DNA of 64,000 bases from Thermoplasmatota archaeon (lineage in GTDB: Archaea; Thermoplasmatota; JAKEGO01): positions 128,001 to 192,000 of the forward strand of contig JANQNK010000020.1 of NCBI GenBank assembly GCA_028279595.1. The letters run 5' to 3'. Every line of letters starts with the position of its first letter. The stretch's first letter is position 1. This document shows positions 28,536 through 38,369 of this stretch, piece by piece. The position numbers and the translations under genes were made by a program. The notes beneath the pieces are model-generated. The model worked only from the letters and a program-made list of their open reading frames with translations, was not told the origin of the DNA and searched no databases.

Positions 28536-28629
28536 GATATCGTTCCCGCTATGTCACTGGAGAGCAAAAGGGTTACCATCCACCCTGTTGGTGATTTTTG
28601 ACAAAAACCTTATATCTAATGACAAACAA

Positions 28630-29292
28630 ATGAAAAATATAGCGAAAAAAAAGCGGAGGAATGATATTATTCCAAGAAAGAAGGATGAGCATCAGAAACA
28701 GGACTATTCCGGCCTGTTCCGGAAGGAGATCGATCTCTATCATCTCCTGGTCCTCAGGGAGGGAGCGAAGCACGGGTTCAAGACCCACGACGGGATCTCA
28801 ATGCAGCAGATAGCCAAGGAGATTGGGATCGTCACGAACACCGCCACCGCCCGGGCGAAGTCGTTGAAATCGTACGAGATAACGGACCACAGCACGGCCG
28901 TAGACCTTTTCAAGCTCTTCCCGTGCCACTGCATCATCTTTCTGAAGTACCCCGAGCCCAAGTCATACGACAAGAAGGACCGGACCGAGATCACCAAGGA
29001 GATCATCGACTACGTCCACAAGCTCGAGAACAGGAAGGTGTACATCTCACGCGGGTTCAACATAACGGGATGGCCCTGGGACATGGTCCTCGAGGTCCAT
29101 GCGTTCAATTACTCCGAGATAGCCTCCATGGTCGTCGACGACATCTATCACAAGTTCAACATCTCCGAGACGCAGACGTCTCAGATATTCAATTACGAGA
29201 TCACTCCGACGGTCGAACTGCTTGACCAGTTGATAACGGACCTAACAACGCAGAGGAACAACAACAACCATCGGTACCTTGAGAACACCTGA
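28630..29292 (+). CDS. Divergent Lrp/AsnC-family transcription regulator
   Basis: SMQQIAKEIGIVTNTATARAKSL HTH; ITGWPWDMVLEV...ISETQTS RAM-like domain; start uncertain. Confidence 0.7.
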   Translation: MKNIAKKKRRNDIIPRKKDEHQKQDYSGLFRKEIDLYHLLVLREGAKHGFKTHDGISMQQIAKEIGIVTNTATARAKSLKSYEITDHSTAVDLFKLFPCHCIIFLKYPEPKSYDKKDRTEITKEIIDYVHKLENRKVYISRGFNITGWPWDMVLEVHAFNYSEIASMVVDDIYHKFNISETQTSQIFNYEITPTVELLDQLITDLTTQRNNNNHRYLENT

Positions 29293-29327
29293 AGCCTTTT
29301 ACCAACAGACACCGATGGTCGGATGAT

Positions 29328-29939
29328 ATGTCCAAGCGAAAGGACGATCGTGTGAACATCCAGACACCACCCATAGTATGGGGTGATCCCTCAGAGAGCT
29401 ACCGCTGGGCCGTCGCGTCCGCCGAGGCCAAGAAGAAGAGCAAGAGGTGGAAGCACAGGCAGCCGGAAACGGTCGATTCCCCAAGGATAGCGATCTTCCT
29501 CGATACCAAGAAGAGGATGGTCCGAAAGGGTCTTTCAAGATTGATCGGGAAAGGCTGGATCGAGGACTCGATCGAAGTTCGGCAGAGCGTCGAGATCGTT
29601 TTAAGGGGTCTGGCGTTCGCCAAGTTCAAGAACGTCGTCAACCTTGTCCTGGACGGCCAACAGGTGTATTCCGCTCCGGATGAGAGGAAGGACGTCCATC
29701 ACGTCATCGACCTATTCCATGAGGAATTCGCCGATGCTGAGTTCGATGAAGCCACCATCGAATCCGCACTCTACGGAAAGAAGAGCAGTCATGTTCATAT
29801 CTCGGTCAGGAATCGATATCGCTCTGACGAATCCCCGATACTCATCAAATTCGATGGAGAGATCGAGCTGAGGCAATTGAACTCTTTCAGCAACTACTTG
29901 GAGAAACATCTAGATATCTTAGATGAAGAAGGTCGTTGA
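29328..29939 (+). CDS. Hypothetical protein
   Basis: 203-aa ORF with host-like codons; no recognised motif. Confidence 0.7.
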   Translation: MSKRKDDRVNIQTPPIVWGDPSESYRWAVASAEAKKKSKRWKHRQPETVDSPRIAIFLDTKKRMVRKGLSRLIGKGWIEDSIEVRQSVEIVLRGLAFAKFKNVVNLVLDGQQVYSAPDERKDVHHVIDLFHEEFADAEFDEATIESALYGKKSSHVHISVRNRYRSDESPILIKFDGEIELRQLNSFSNYLEKHLDILDEEGR

Positions 29940-30413
29940 TCATCGCCCGAAGATCCCGCTAAGGAAACCGCCCCTTCTTCGTGCGCGCTCCTTCTTCTCG
30001 TACTCCTCGTACCGCTCCTGTTCCTTGGCCTCCATGTCGCCCTCGAAGCCGGCTTTTGACGTCTCCTTCAGGTCCTCCAGTTCACCGGCGTCCAACCACA
30101 CCCCGTGACAGGTCAGACAGACGTCCACCTCGACGTCCTCCGCCTTCTCGAGGTCCATCAGTCCGCCGCATCTGGGGCAGACGAGCTTCGACTGTGTCTT
30201 GGTGCCGATGTCCTTGGTGAGATAATCCGTGAGACTCTTGTCCCCGATGATCTTCTTCAGTTCGCCAGTGTCGAGCCACATGCCCCCGCACTTCGGGCAG
30301 ACGTCCACTGTGACATTCCGCCCGATGACCTCCACCTCTTCCTGTTCCATCCTGGTGAAGTCCCGGGGGCAGTCCAGTCCGCGGCCCATGTAATCCTTCT
30401 TGAGCTTGCTCAT
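29940..30413 (-). CDS. zf-TFIIB-type double Zn-ribbon protein
   Basis: CPRD...VDVCPKCGGMWLDTGEL; CPRC...VDVCLTCHGVWLDAGEL; GGFLSGIFG tail. Confidence 0.88.
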   Translation of the reverse strand: MSKLKKDYMGRGLDCPRDFTRMEQEEVEVIGRNVTVDVCPKCGGMWLDTGELKKIIGDKSLTDYLTKDIGTKTQSKLVCPRCGGLMDLEKAEDVEVDVCLTCHGVWLDAGELEDLKETSKAGFEGDMEAKEQERYEEYEKKERARRRGGFLSGIFGR

Positions 30414-30457
30414 CATGATCACACTCTGAGATATCGTCCTAGACGACCTCACCGAAC

Positions 30458-32161
30458 TTATTTCTTTCTCCTCATCAACACCAGCATGATGAGGACGACC
30501 ACGATCACCAGAACAGTGACGACGGTCATGACCAGGAGGTATTCCCCATACCCTTCTTCCTTCGGAGCCCCTCCTTTCATCCTGGTAGTGATGGGGAATT
30601 CGTCCAGAGCGCTCGCATTCCCGGGAATGGAATAAGGTTCGTCACCTATCCCATCGTTGTTCGTGTCCTTTCCCTTGTAGTTCGACCAGTTGTTACCGAT
30701 CCCATCTCGATGCCATGAGTTGTTGAGGCCGTCGTCGTATCCGTTGACCCCATTCTTGATGAACGTGTTGTTCGTGACCTTGTTCAACCAGGAGCCGTTC
30801 GTCAGGTACACACCTTTGAAGGTATTGTTGGCGATCGTGTTTCCCGAGATCGTGTTCGAATACAGGTTGTCCACCGCTATTCCGTGACCGTTATCGACGA
30901 TCTCATTCCCGGTGATCGATGTATAACCGTTAATATTGACGTAGGTCTCCATCCTCTCGAGGGTCATCCCATGGATGTTGGACACGATATCGTTCGATTC
31001 CACGGCGACCTTGTAGGTCGTGGACAGGTGAATACCGACCGATGCCGAAGTGATATAGTTCTCCCTGATCTCGACGAGGTGGGAATAGAAACCGAGGATC
31101 CCCTTCCCATATCCTGATATGGTGTTGTCAACGATCACATCACCGTAACCATAGAACGAATAGATGCCGATCCCGCCAGAATTGATCAGTGTATTGCCAA
31201 TAACGGTACAATCGCCAGTGTACCCTAGACTGATGCCAGTCCAAGCGGAATCGATATCCAACCCGGTTACGGTCACATTCCGGCATCCTGCGAGGATCAC
31301 CTGTGAGCTGTCGACAGGTACCGATGCGTTATCGATATCCACCCAGTACGTGATCGGACTCCCGTCGAGCGTGTTGTTGATGATGGTGTGATATTTCCAG
31401 AATACATGACCGTCTCCGTCGATCGTGATCCCACCCGAGTCAAAGGTATTGTCCGTCAGGATGCACTCGCGGCTCATCAGATAGATGCCGGATACGGAGA
31501 AGAACGAGTTGTTCGTGACGGTGTTGGAATCACCGTCATAGTCCATTATCGCATGGAATTCCCCGTCGAACGAACATCCGAAGATCGCGTTATGCTCCGA
31601 GGCGTACATCTCGATCCCATACGTCGTCAGGAAGTCCGAACCAAGGACCGCAGAGTACGTCATGGCATCGGCCTTGATGCCATACATCCCCTGGCTCAGG
31701 GTCGAGTTCGAGATCAGAACGTTGGTCGATGAATCGATCGTGACGAGCTCGTAACCATTGTTGAAATAACAGTCGTCCATCGTCACGTCGGTCGTGTTCA
31801 CGATCGCGACGTTCGAGTGACCGGAGAAGTACATCTGGTGCTGGACGTTCATGCTTGAGATGTTGCAGTTGGCGGCTGTGATCGTCAAACCGACGTCGCT
31901 AGTGGCGAAGATCCCCGAGTCCTGGGTGCCGTTCCCGATGAGATCCAACGTCTTGTTCAGGACGACATGCTCGTGGTAGATGCCCTGGTAGATCCTTATG
32001 GTGTCACTCTGGTTGGCGTTGTCTATCGCATCCTGGATGGTGTTGAAATCGACCCATCGTCCCTCGTTGTCGTCGACTATCCTCGTTTCCCCAGTTGCAG
32101 ATCCAATTATGATTAACAGAGAAAGAAACAGAAATGAAGCGACAGTAGTACGATTTCTCAT
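30458..32161 (-). CDS. NosD/right-handed beta-helix surface protein with C-terminal TM-RRKK anchor
   Basis: IVDDNEGRWVDFNTIQDAI cap; GNNWSNY...DGIGDEPY cap; terminal TM. Confidence 0.9.
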   Translation of the reverse strand: MRNRTTVASFLFLSLLIIIGSATGETRIVDDNEGRWVDFNTIQDAIDNANQSDTIRIYQGIYHEHVVLNKTLDLIGNGTQDSGIFATSDVGLTITAANCNISSMNVQHQMYFSGHSNVAIVNTTDVTMDDCYFNNGYELVTIDSSTNVLISNSTLSQGMYGIKADAMTYSAVLGSDFLTTYGIEMYASEHNAIFGCSFDGEFHAIMDYDGDSNTVTNNSFFSVSGIYLMSRECILTDNTFDSGGITIDGDGHVFWKYHTIINNTLDGSPITYWVDIDNASVPVDSSQVILAGCRNVTVTGLDIDSAWTGISLGYTGDCTVIGNTLINSGGIGIYSFYGYGDVIVDNTISGYGKGILGFYSHLVEIRENYITSASVGIHLSTTYKVAVESNDIVSNIHGMTLERMETYVNINGYTSITGNEIVDNGHGIAVDNLYSNTISGNTIANNTFKGVYLTNGSWLNKVTNNTFIKNGVNGYDDGLNNSWHRDGIGNNWSNYKGKDTNNDGIGDEPYSIPGNASALDEFPITTRMKGGAPKEEGYGEYLLVMTVVTVLVIVVVLIMLVLMRRKK

Positions 32162-32200
32162 ATGAGTCCCATTATGGGAGTTCTGGGATAGTGTAAATAA

Positions 32201-32302
32201 CTATCGAGAATCCGAACTGGTCAGTACCATCTTCTTCGCGATGATGAACGCCGCGAAAGCGGATACTACCGTCACTGCGGTGACCAGAGCTAGCTCGATC
32301 AT
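32201..32302 (-). CDS. Putative 33-aa single-TM microprotein
   Basis: GAGGATAGGCCA-ATG; MIELALVTAVTVVSAFAAFIIAKKMVLTSSDSR*; below the ORF-track length cutoff. Confidence 0.5.
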   Translation of the reverse strand: MIELALVTAVTVVSAFAAFIIAKKMVLTSSDSR

Positions 32303-32366
32303 TGGCCTATCCTCGTCCGGTTGTGCGACTCATCCTTTTAGAGGCTTCCGGTAACGATGTAACAAC

Positions 32367-33926
32367 TCAAGTGGGTCGTCTGGCCAGAAGTACCGCTGCG
32401 AACGCCAAGACGATCGTCATTGGCATGAACCCAGGGAGGCCATCGTCATCGTCGTCGCCACCGCCATTGCCACTCGGTCCGCCTCCCTCGTTGTAGACGG
32501 TGACCGTCCTCATGTATATCTCCGAGGCTGCGTCCTCCGTGTGCGCACGTGCCATAATCGTGTAGTTGCCGTTCTCGAATTCGGTCGTATCCCATGTCGC
32601 CGTCCACTCATCGGTCCCTTCCGCGAGGTACCAGCTTCCGCCGTCGAGCGCGGTCTGCACCGACGTTATATTCTCACCCGAAGACCAGGCGGTCCCTCGG
32701 ATCGTGATCACTCCCGATACGACGGCGCCCTCCATCGGCTCGTCGATGACGCAGACGAGTCCGTCGTCTCCCGGAGTGAAGCCGTACTTCGCCATGTAGA
32801 CCGCAGCGTAGGCGTCCACGATACCATATCCGTAGTCGCCGTTGTATTTCTCGCTGAGGTTGGCGTCCATCGGCTGTCCACGGGCCTCGGCGGTCTCCCT
32901 GAGGATGTAATCGATGTCCTCCTGCGTGAGGTCCGGGTTCGCCTCGAGCATCAGTGCGGCTATCCCGGAGACGTGGGGTGCCGCGTACGAGGTACCGTCG
33001 GCCGAGTTCCATCCTGACCCGTCCTGATCGGAAACACTGTGTGTAGCCGAGAAGATGTCGACCGCGGGGGCAACCACCTCTGGCTTCAATTCGTCATGGG
33101 GATTGTCGTCGCCATCGTCCCGCCTAGGTCCGCGTGTCGAGCTGTCCCAAATCTCGTCGTCGTCCCTGTGGACGGTGTTCTGATCGTCGATCCCACCGAC
33201 GGTGATCGCTTTGTCGGCAGAGCCGGGTGCCCCGAACCCGTCGTTGTTGGGGCCGTCATTCCCTATTGCGACGACCACGACAAGTCCGTGGTCGACAGCG
33301 TTATCCACAGCCTGCGCGAGGTCGCTGGAGCCGTCGTCGTTGTCCTGGTTCGCATATGATATGCTCAGGACATGGATCCCGTCGTTCGTCGGGTCCTCGT
33401 CCCCCCAATCGTCGTGCATGTGGTCGACGCACCAGTTGATGCCGTCGATGAGGTACTGGTTCGTGCTGAACCCGGCGATGAGGTCGTTCGCGACCTTGAC
33501 CTCCACCAGGCCGGCACCGGGAGCGACTCCCGTGTTCGTGCCATTGTCCCCACCGAGCCCGACAGCGCATCCAGCGGTCATCGTCCCGTGGCCGTTGCGG
33601 TCGTCGGGATTGTTGGTACCGTCCCGGGGGTCCGTGGGATCGGGGATCTCCACTCCCGCCACCCATTTGCCGGCGAAGGTCTCGTGGCCGTCGTCGACGC
33701 CCGTGTCTATAACCGCGATATTAACGCCGGCACCTGTGTAGCCTAGTCCCTCCCAGACGTCATCGTAGACGTCGTTCGGCTTCGCCTTCACAGCGGGCAC
33801 GCTAATATCGAGGGCAGGATAGAGATAACTCTCGCTCTCGACATGTTCCGGGCTCTCAATGACCAGAGCAGGCGAGATGACCGTCATCAGAAGTAGCATT
33901 GCGATCGGTATGGTTCCCCTCAGCAT
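32367..33926 (-). CDS. S8 subtilisin-like serine protease + Ig-like domain, PGF-CTERM
   Basis: VIDTG (Asp), GHGT (His), GTSYAAPHVSG (Ser); LPGF-TM-RR C-terminus. Confidence 0.93.
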   Translation of the reverse strand: MLRGTIPIAMLLLMTVISPALVIESPEHVESESYLYPALDISVPAVKAKPNDVYDDVWEGLGYTGAGVNIAVIDTGVDDGHETFAGKWVAGVEIPDPTDPRDGTNNPDDRNGHGTMTAGCAVGLGGDNGTNTGVAPGAGLVEVKVANDLIAGFSTNQYLIDGINWCVDHMHDDWGDEDPTNDGIHVLSISYANQDNDDGSSDLAQAVDNAVDHGLVVVVAIGNDGPNNDGFGAPGSADKAITVGGIDDQNTVHRDDDEIWDSSTRGPRRDDGDDNPHDELKPEVVAPAVDIFSATHSVSDQDGSGWNSADGTSYAAPHVSGIAALMLEANPDLTQEDIDYILRETAEARGQPMDANLSEKYNGDYGYGIVDAYAAVYMAKYGFTPGDDGLVCVIDEPMEGAVVSGVITIRGTAWSSGENITSVQTALDGGSWYLAEGTDEWTATWDTTEFENGNYTIMARAHTEDAASEIYMRTVTVYNEGGGPSGNGGGDDDDDGLPGFMPMTIVLAFAAVLLARRPT

Positions 33927-34020
33927 GTGCATTCCTCAGAGGTCCGTTAACGCGGTCCTTTATAATCTTTTTAGTGGGAGTGTTACAAAACGTGTATCGG
34001 TGTGCCTGAAAGAAAATTCC

Positions 34021-34100
34021 AAGAAAAGCAACGCTCCTCCCACGGACGGGGAACGTCGCGTGATAGAGGTCCCTGCTGATTACTGCGCCTTCCCTTAGCC
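34021..34100 (-). ncRNA. Candidate small non-coding RNA
   Basis: Own BRE/TATA (CCGAAGGGC-TTAAAAA, 34136-34121); 10-bp stem with G-U pairs only on the minus strand (34028-34059); U-tract; no ATG-initiated ORF. Confidence 0.4.
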
Positions 34101-34189
34101 AGACTCGTATGGCCTATCTCTTTTTAAGCCCTTCGGTTTGGAAAAAACGCTTGAAACGTTAAAATATTGTGACAATAGGAAGTTCGATC

Positions 34190-34963
34190 CTACACTTCCA
34201 CCTTCCTCTTCCTGGGTTTCGGGTCAGGAGACCCGAGGTCCTCCCCGCAACGCGTGCAGGTGAACCTCCTGGTGTTCGTGTTGTAGGCTCCGATGCGTTT
34301 ATGCTTCGTGCACGAGGGTAACAGGTACCCGGTCCGCCGATCGATCGATCCCAGGCGCTCGAGTCCCTCGAAGAGCTTGGTCATGCGCTTGACGAACCCC
34401 CTGCTGTAATCTGCATCCAGGCGGGGCCCGGTCGGGCTGTTCATACGCAATCGCTCGTAATGCTCCTGACAGGACTGGACGAGCTTCGCATTCCTCTTCG
34501 CCAGCGGCATTGTCTTCAATCCAACCGGCTGAACGATGACGTAATGTGAATACGTTGACAGGACGAATCGGGGCAATCCCTTGGTGTCCAGGACCCTGAA
34601 GTCGAAGACGTCCTCGTGCGGTACCGAGATGACCTTCTGGCCGTGCTCGACCTTTACCGTGGTGGGAACCTCCATCTCGGGTCCGATCATTATCCCCCAT
34701 GCGGGGACGAAATCGAATTCCCTGCATTCGAACCTGTCATTGGTAAGACTGGTGATGCAGCTCTTCTGGACACCCTTCGTATCCGTCAGGGTGCCTGTCT
34801 CGTATGCGATGTCAAGCTTCGACATTCCCGTTGACTTCACCCTCTGCCCGTCCTTAGGGATCGCGGAGATGCATGCGGGTACCTGGGCTATCAGGTTCTC
34901 CTCGTCCTCTTCGGACTCATCCACGGCAGATAGGGGGTCAACCTTCGGTAACTCCTTCTGCAC
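34190..34963 (-). CDS. Hypothetical protein with C-terminal Zn ribbon
   Basis: CTKH...CTRC; basic tail; GTG start. Confidence 0.7.
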   Translation of the reverse strand: MQKELPKVDPLSAVDESEEDEENLIAQVPACISAIPKDGQRVKSTGMSKLDIAYETGTLTDTKGVQKSCITSLTNDRFECREFDFVPAWGIMIGPEMEVPTTVKVEHGQKVISVPHEDVFDFRVLDTKGLPRFVLSTYSHYVIVQPVGLKTMPLAKRNAKLVQSCQEHYERLRMNSPTGPRLDADYSRGFVKRMTKLFEGLERLGSIDRRTGYLLPSCTKHKRIGAYNTNTRRFTCTRCGEDLGSPDPKPRKRKVEV

Positions 34964-34995
34964 TGGCCAGGGTAGCGCTCTGAAAGTTTAAAAGA

Positions 34996-35496
34996 TTATC
35001 CGCCGAGCGGATCGAACTCGTACCAGTACCCCGTGCTCGACATGTGGAGGAACTCATCCTGCAGGAGGGCGAAATGACGCTTCTCCTGCTTGATTATCTC
35101 CTCGATCGTGTTCCTGGTCACCTCGTCGTCGACGCCGTCGAGGATCTTCCCGTAATGCTCCACGGCAGCCTGCTCGGCCTCCATCGCGAGTCTGAGCGCG
35201 TCGAGCTCGTCCACGTCAGGGTCCGCTCCCGAGGACTCCAGGTCCTTCGGGAACACCGGGATGTCCGCGTACTTCTTGCTCGTCTCCACCAGCTGCTGCC
35301 ATTCGTCGTGCGTCACCTGGCTCTCGAACATCTTCTGGAACGTCCTGAGGTGCATCTGCTCGTCCGATGCCAGCCCCTCGAAGATGGTCCTTCCCATGCT
35401 GCTCGATGTCTTCGCCGCGGCCTTCGTGTAGAATGCGTAGCCGTCCTTCTCCATCTGTATCGCCATCTCGATGGCGTTCCTGACGTTCAGATCCAT
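34996..35496 (-). CDS. Ferritin-like/rubrerythrin family di-iron protein
   Basis: AIQMEKDGYAFY...DEQMH...AMEAE...Y...QEKRH di-iron ExxH motifs. Confidence 0.9.
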   Translation of the reverse strand: MDLNVRNAIEMAIQMEKDGYAFYTKAAAKTSSSMGRTIFEGLASDEQMHLRTFQKMFESQVTHDEWQQLVETSKKYADIPVFPKDLESSGADPDVDELDALRLAMEAEQAAVEHYGKILDGVDDEVTRNTIEEIIKQEKRHFALLQDEFLHMSSTGYWYEFDPLGG

Positions 35497-35577
35497 GATG
35501 ATGCACCTCTCCTGTTGTGGGTAGTTCCCCCGTACCTGGAATCCGCCATCGGATTAAAACCCTTTTCCCGACAGGAT

Positions 35578-37461
35578 TCACGCGTCGTGGTCCGGGATCC
35601 ACAGGTTTTGCGCGGGATCGCCGTAAAGAACGTACTCGTTGACGGTGATGGCTCCCTCGAACCCATCGCTCCCTTCGGACTCATCGTAGCCCTGGACGCC
35701 GATGACGTAGTTCTTGGAGTTCATGAGGGCGGTCCCGACGTCGTTGTCGTACTCGCATACCTGCTTGGAGAAGGTATCCACGAGATACAGTGCTCCCGTT
35801 CCGCGGATGACGTTCTCGCCGGAGACCTCTATGTCATAGAGTCCGTATGCCACCCTCGAGGCTCCGATGTAGCCCGTTGCACCTGAATACATCATCGCGT
35901 ACGCGAAGAACTGGTCGCTGGACATAGTGACGCTGTCCACCAGGCCGGTCAGACACGCCATGGCGATGGCGAACCCTGGCTTCATCGGGGCATCGTTGAC
36001 ATTATCGGCGGTGAACTCCCATCCGACGGTGGAGTACCAGCAGTCGATGTCACCGTGGCCGTAGTACACGTCGTAGTTCATCTCATCGATGAGCTCGCGG
36101 AGGTTGTCGCCCGTAGCGACGTCATAACCGAGGGGTGTGACGAAGAACCCAGCCTCCGACATCGTGACCGTCTGGTTCACCAGTGTGGGGGTGAGGATCC
36201 CGGGTCCAGGGCCTATCTTCGTCGTCCCGATGACCATCATCGAGTTCTCCTTCCAGTCCTCGGAAACGGTCTCGTAGGCCGTGTGGGACGCATCGTCCTC
36301 CCAGGCGTACTCGCAGACCTCCTCGTATCCAAGTGTCAGAGCGACAGTGCCCGATACGCTCCATGGGGTCCTGCCAGCGATCCGTCCGATGGCGATCTCC
36401 TGTTCCGGATCGTCGTCCGTGTTGGCGTACTGGTAGTCGCTCGGGGTGTACTGCCTCTCCTGGACGTAGGCGGTCATGTCGGCATAATGGAACGGAAGAC
36501 CGATGGGTCCGCCGACCATGCAGATGTACCTCGTGTCCATGCTCCTGAGCTGGAGTTCGGCAATGCCTCCGTCGACGGCCTCGTCTATGAGTCCCGAGAC
36601 GTTTGTTGCTGTCTCGAACGGAACACCCAGGTAGGTGTAGCCATCGCCGTAGGAGACATCCCACGTGTCGTATCCATCGACGTCGAGGATGATAGCCTTC
36701 CTGTAGGCGGCGACCTGCGATGCGAACGCTGAGATCCCCGGCACCGGGAGCACGTTGTCGCCCCATGGGAGATGTACGTCATTGGTATTCGTGACGACGA
36801 TGTAATCGACCGTCTCGCCGGATGACAGTAGTAGCTCCAGGTAAAGGTCATTGACATCCTCGGTCGCTAGTTCCAGCGTCTTGAACCCACCAAGGGAGGA
36901 CCAGCCGATCATGACAACGTATCGAACCCCCAGCTCCCTTAGGGTGCTCTTGACGTCCTTCTCGGTCCCGGTGGAGACCGGCACGATGGGGCAGCCGACG
37001 TAAGCGGCAAGGGGTCCGGCAAGAACACTCTCGGTATAGCCACCGGTGACTATTGCGACCTCCGAGGATATCCATCCTGTCCTTGCGATCTCCAGCCCAG
37101 TCTCGTTCGCCGAAGTGACGTCGAACGTCAACGATCCCCTGTCGGTGACAGCGAGGAACCTCTCGATCGGTTTGTAGTCGGAGGGGCCTGCGAGGAGAGG
37201 TATGTACTCGCCGGTGTCCGCCCTGACGGCCATCGGTGTGGCCAGGGGGACCGTGCGGAGCACTTCGTCCCTGTCGCCGTCGATGTGTATGACCGCATCA
37301 TCGACGTTGGGGTTGCGCTCCTCCTCCGAGGTCGAGAGTATCTCGATCCATGCGCTCATCGGCATGGATGGGTCTTCCTCGTCCTCCTCGGCCGGGAGCA
37401 TCATGAAGGCCATCCCGACGAGGACGGCCACGAGCACGATCGCAATGAGTTTGGGGTTCAT
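35578..37461 (-). CDS. C25 (gingipain-like) cysteine peptidase, membrane-anchored/secreted
   Basis: YICMVGG, PSDYQY..TDDD, EIAIGRI, YYGHG (His), AMAC (Cys), GYIGASR, YVLYGDPA; N-terminal hydrophobic anchor. Confidence 0.88.
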   Translation of the reverse strand: MNPKLIAIVLVAVLVGMAFMMLPAEEDEEDPSMPMSAWIEILSTSEEERNPNVDDAVIHIDGDRDEVLRTVPLATPMAVRADTGEYIPLLAGPSDYKPIERFLAVTDRGSLTFDVTSANETGLEIARTGWISSEVAIVTGGYTESVLAGPLAAYVGCPIVPVSTGTEKDVKSTLRELGVRYVVMIGWSSLGGFKTLELATEDVNDLYLELLLSSGETVDYIVVTNTNDVHLPWGDNVLPVPGISAFASQVAAYRKAIILDVDGYDTWDVSYGDGYTYLGVPFETATNVSGLIDEAVDGGIAELQLRSMDTRYICMVGGPIGLPFHYADMTAYVQERQYTPSDYQYANTDDDPEQEIAIGRIAGRTPWSVSGTVALTLGYEEVCEYAWEDDASHTAYETVSEDWKENSMMVIGTTKIGPGPGILTPTLVNQTVTMSEAGFFVTPLGYDVATGDNLRELIDEMNYDVYYGHGDIDCWYSTVGWEFTADNVNDAPMKPGFAIAMACLTGLVDSVTMSSDQFFAYAMMYSGATGYIGASRVAYGLYDIEVSGENVIRGTGALYLVDTFSKQVCEYDNDVGTALMNSKNYVIGVQGYDESEGSDGFEGAITVNEYVLYGDPAQNLWIPDHDA

Positions 37462-37571
37462 GTTGGAACACCTACACCGAGCCATCCTGCTTCTCGCTAT
37501 TATTGATTTCGGTTGAATTGTAACCATCGAGCGCGCGACATCCTTTTCTACGGACCGGACGTTAAAGGATC

Positions 37572-38369
37572 ATGTCCGACAGGTGGGCCCTTCCCGATCG
37601 CTCAGCCGCCTTTGACAGGTGCGCCAGCAGGAACACCCAGGACATCCGTTGCGTCATCGATGTGATGGGCGAGGACATCGACAGCGCTGAAAAGGCGGAA
37701 GCCTTTGTTATCGACTACCAGCAGGTACTGGAGGAGATCGACAGGAGACGTCTCGACGTCTCGATATCCGTGAAGCCCACCGCCCTCGGAGCCATGTTCG
37801 ACAGGGGGCTAGCCCACGAGAACCTCCTGAGGATATGCGGAAAGGCCTCCTCGCTCGGGATCGGGTTCGAGATCGACATGGAGGGCACCCCCTTGGTCGA
37901 CCACACGATCGACGGTGCGATCGCCTGCTCACTCCTGGGTGCACCGGTGATGCTCGCCCTTCAGGCATACCTCGACAGGACGGAGGAGGACCTCGAGAGG
38001 GTCATCGACGCGGGCATCGAGGTCCGCCTGGTCAAGGGTGCCTATCTCGGCGACGTTCGCGATTTCAAAGCGGTCCAGAGACGTTTCGTGGACATCGTTG
38101 ACAGGCTCAGGGATGCTGGAGTCCCGTTCTGTGTGGGGACCCATGATCCAGAGATGGTGAGGTACGTCACCGGACTCGGGATCCCCGAGGACAGGATTGA
38201 GTTCGGGTTCCTGATGGGCCTGGGAGAGGAGACGAAGGTCGAATTGACGAGGGAGGGATGGCAGGTGTCCGAATACGTACCCTACGGTGACGACGTGAGG
38301 GCGTACGAGCTCAGGCGTGAGCGCTATCTGAAGAACATTGAAGCCATCGGAAGGGAACCTGTGCGCTAG
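37572..38369 (+). CDS. Monofunctional proline dehydrogenase
   Basis: SVKPTALG, IDMEG, LQAYL.RT..D, RLVKGAY, GTHD, YVPYG. Confidence 0.9.
   Translation: MSDRWALPDRSAAFDRCASRNTQDIRCVIDVMGEDIDSAEKAEAFVIDYQQVLEEIDRRRLDVSISVKPTALGAMFDRGLAHENLLRICGKASSLGIGFEIDMEGTPLVDHTIDGAIACSLLGAPVMLALQAYLDRTEEDLERVIDAGIEVRLVKGAYLGDVRDFKAVQRRFVDIVDRLRDAGVPFCVGTHDPEMVRYVTGLGIPEDRIEFGFLMGLGEETKVELTREGWQVSEYVPYGDDVRAYELRRERYLKNIEAIGREPVR

Noticed and set aside
19467-32161. NosD-like genes as evidence for nitrous-oxide reduction
   Set aside because: No nosZ/F/Y/L; these are generic beta-helix surface proteins.
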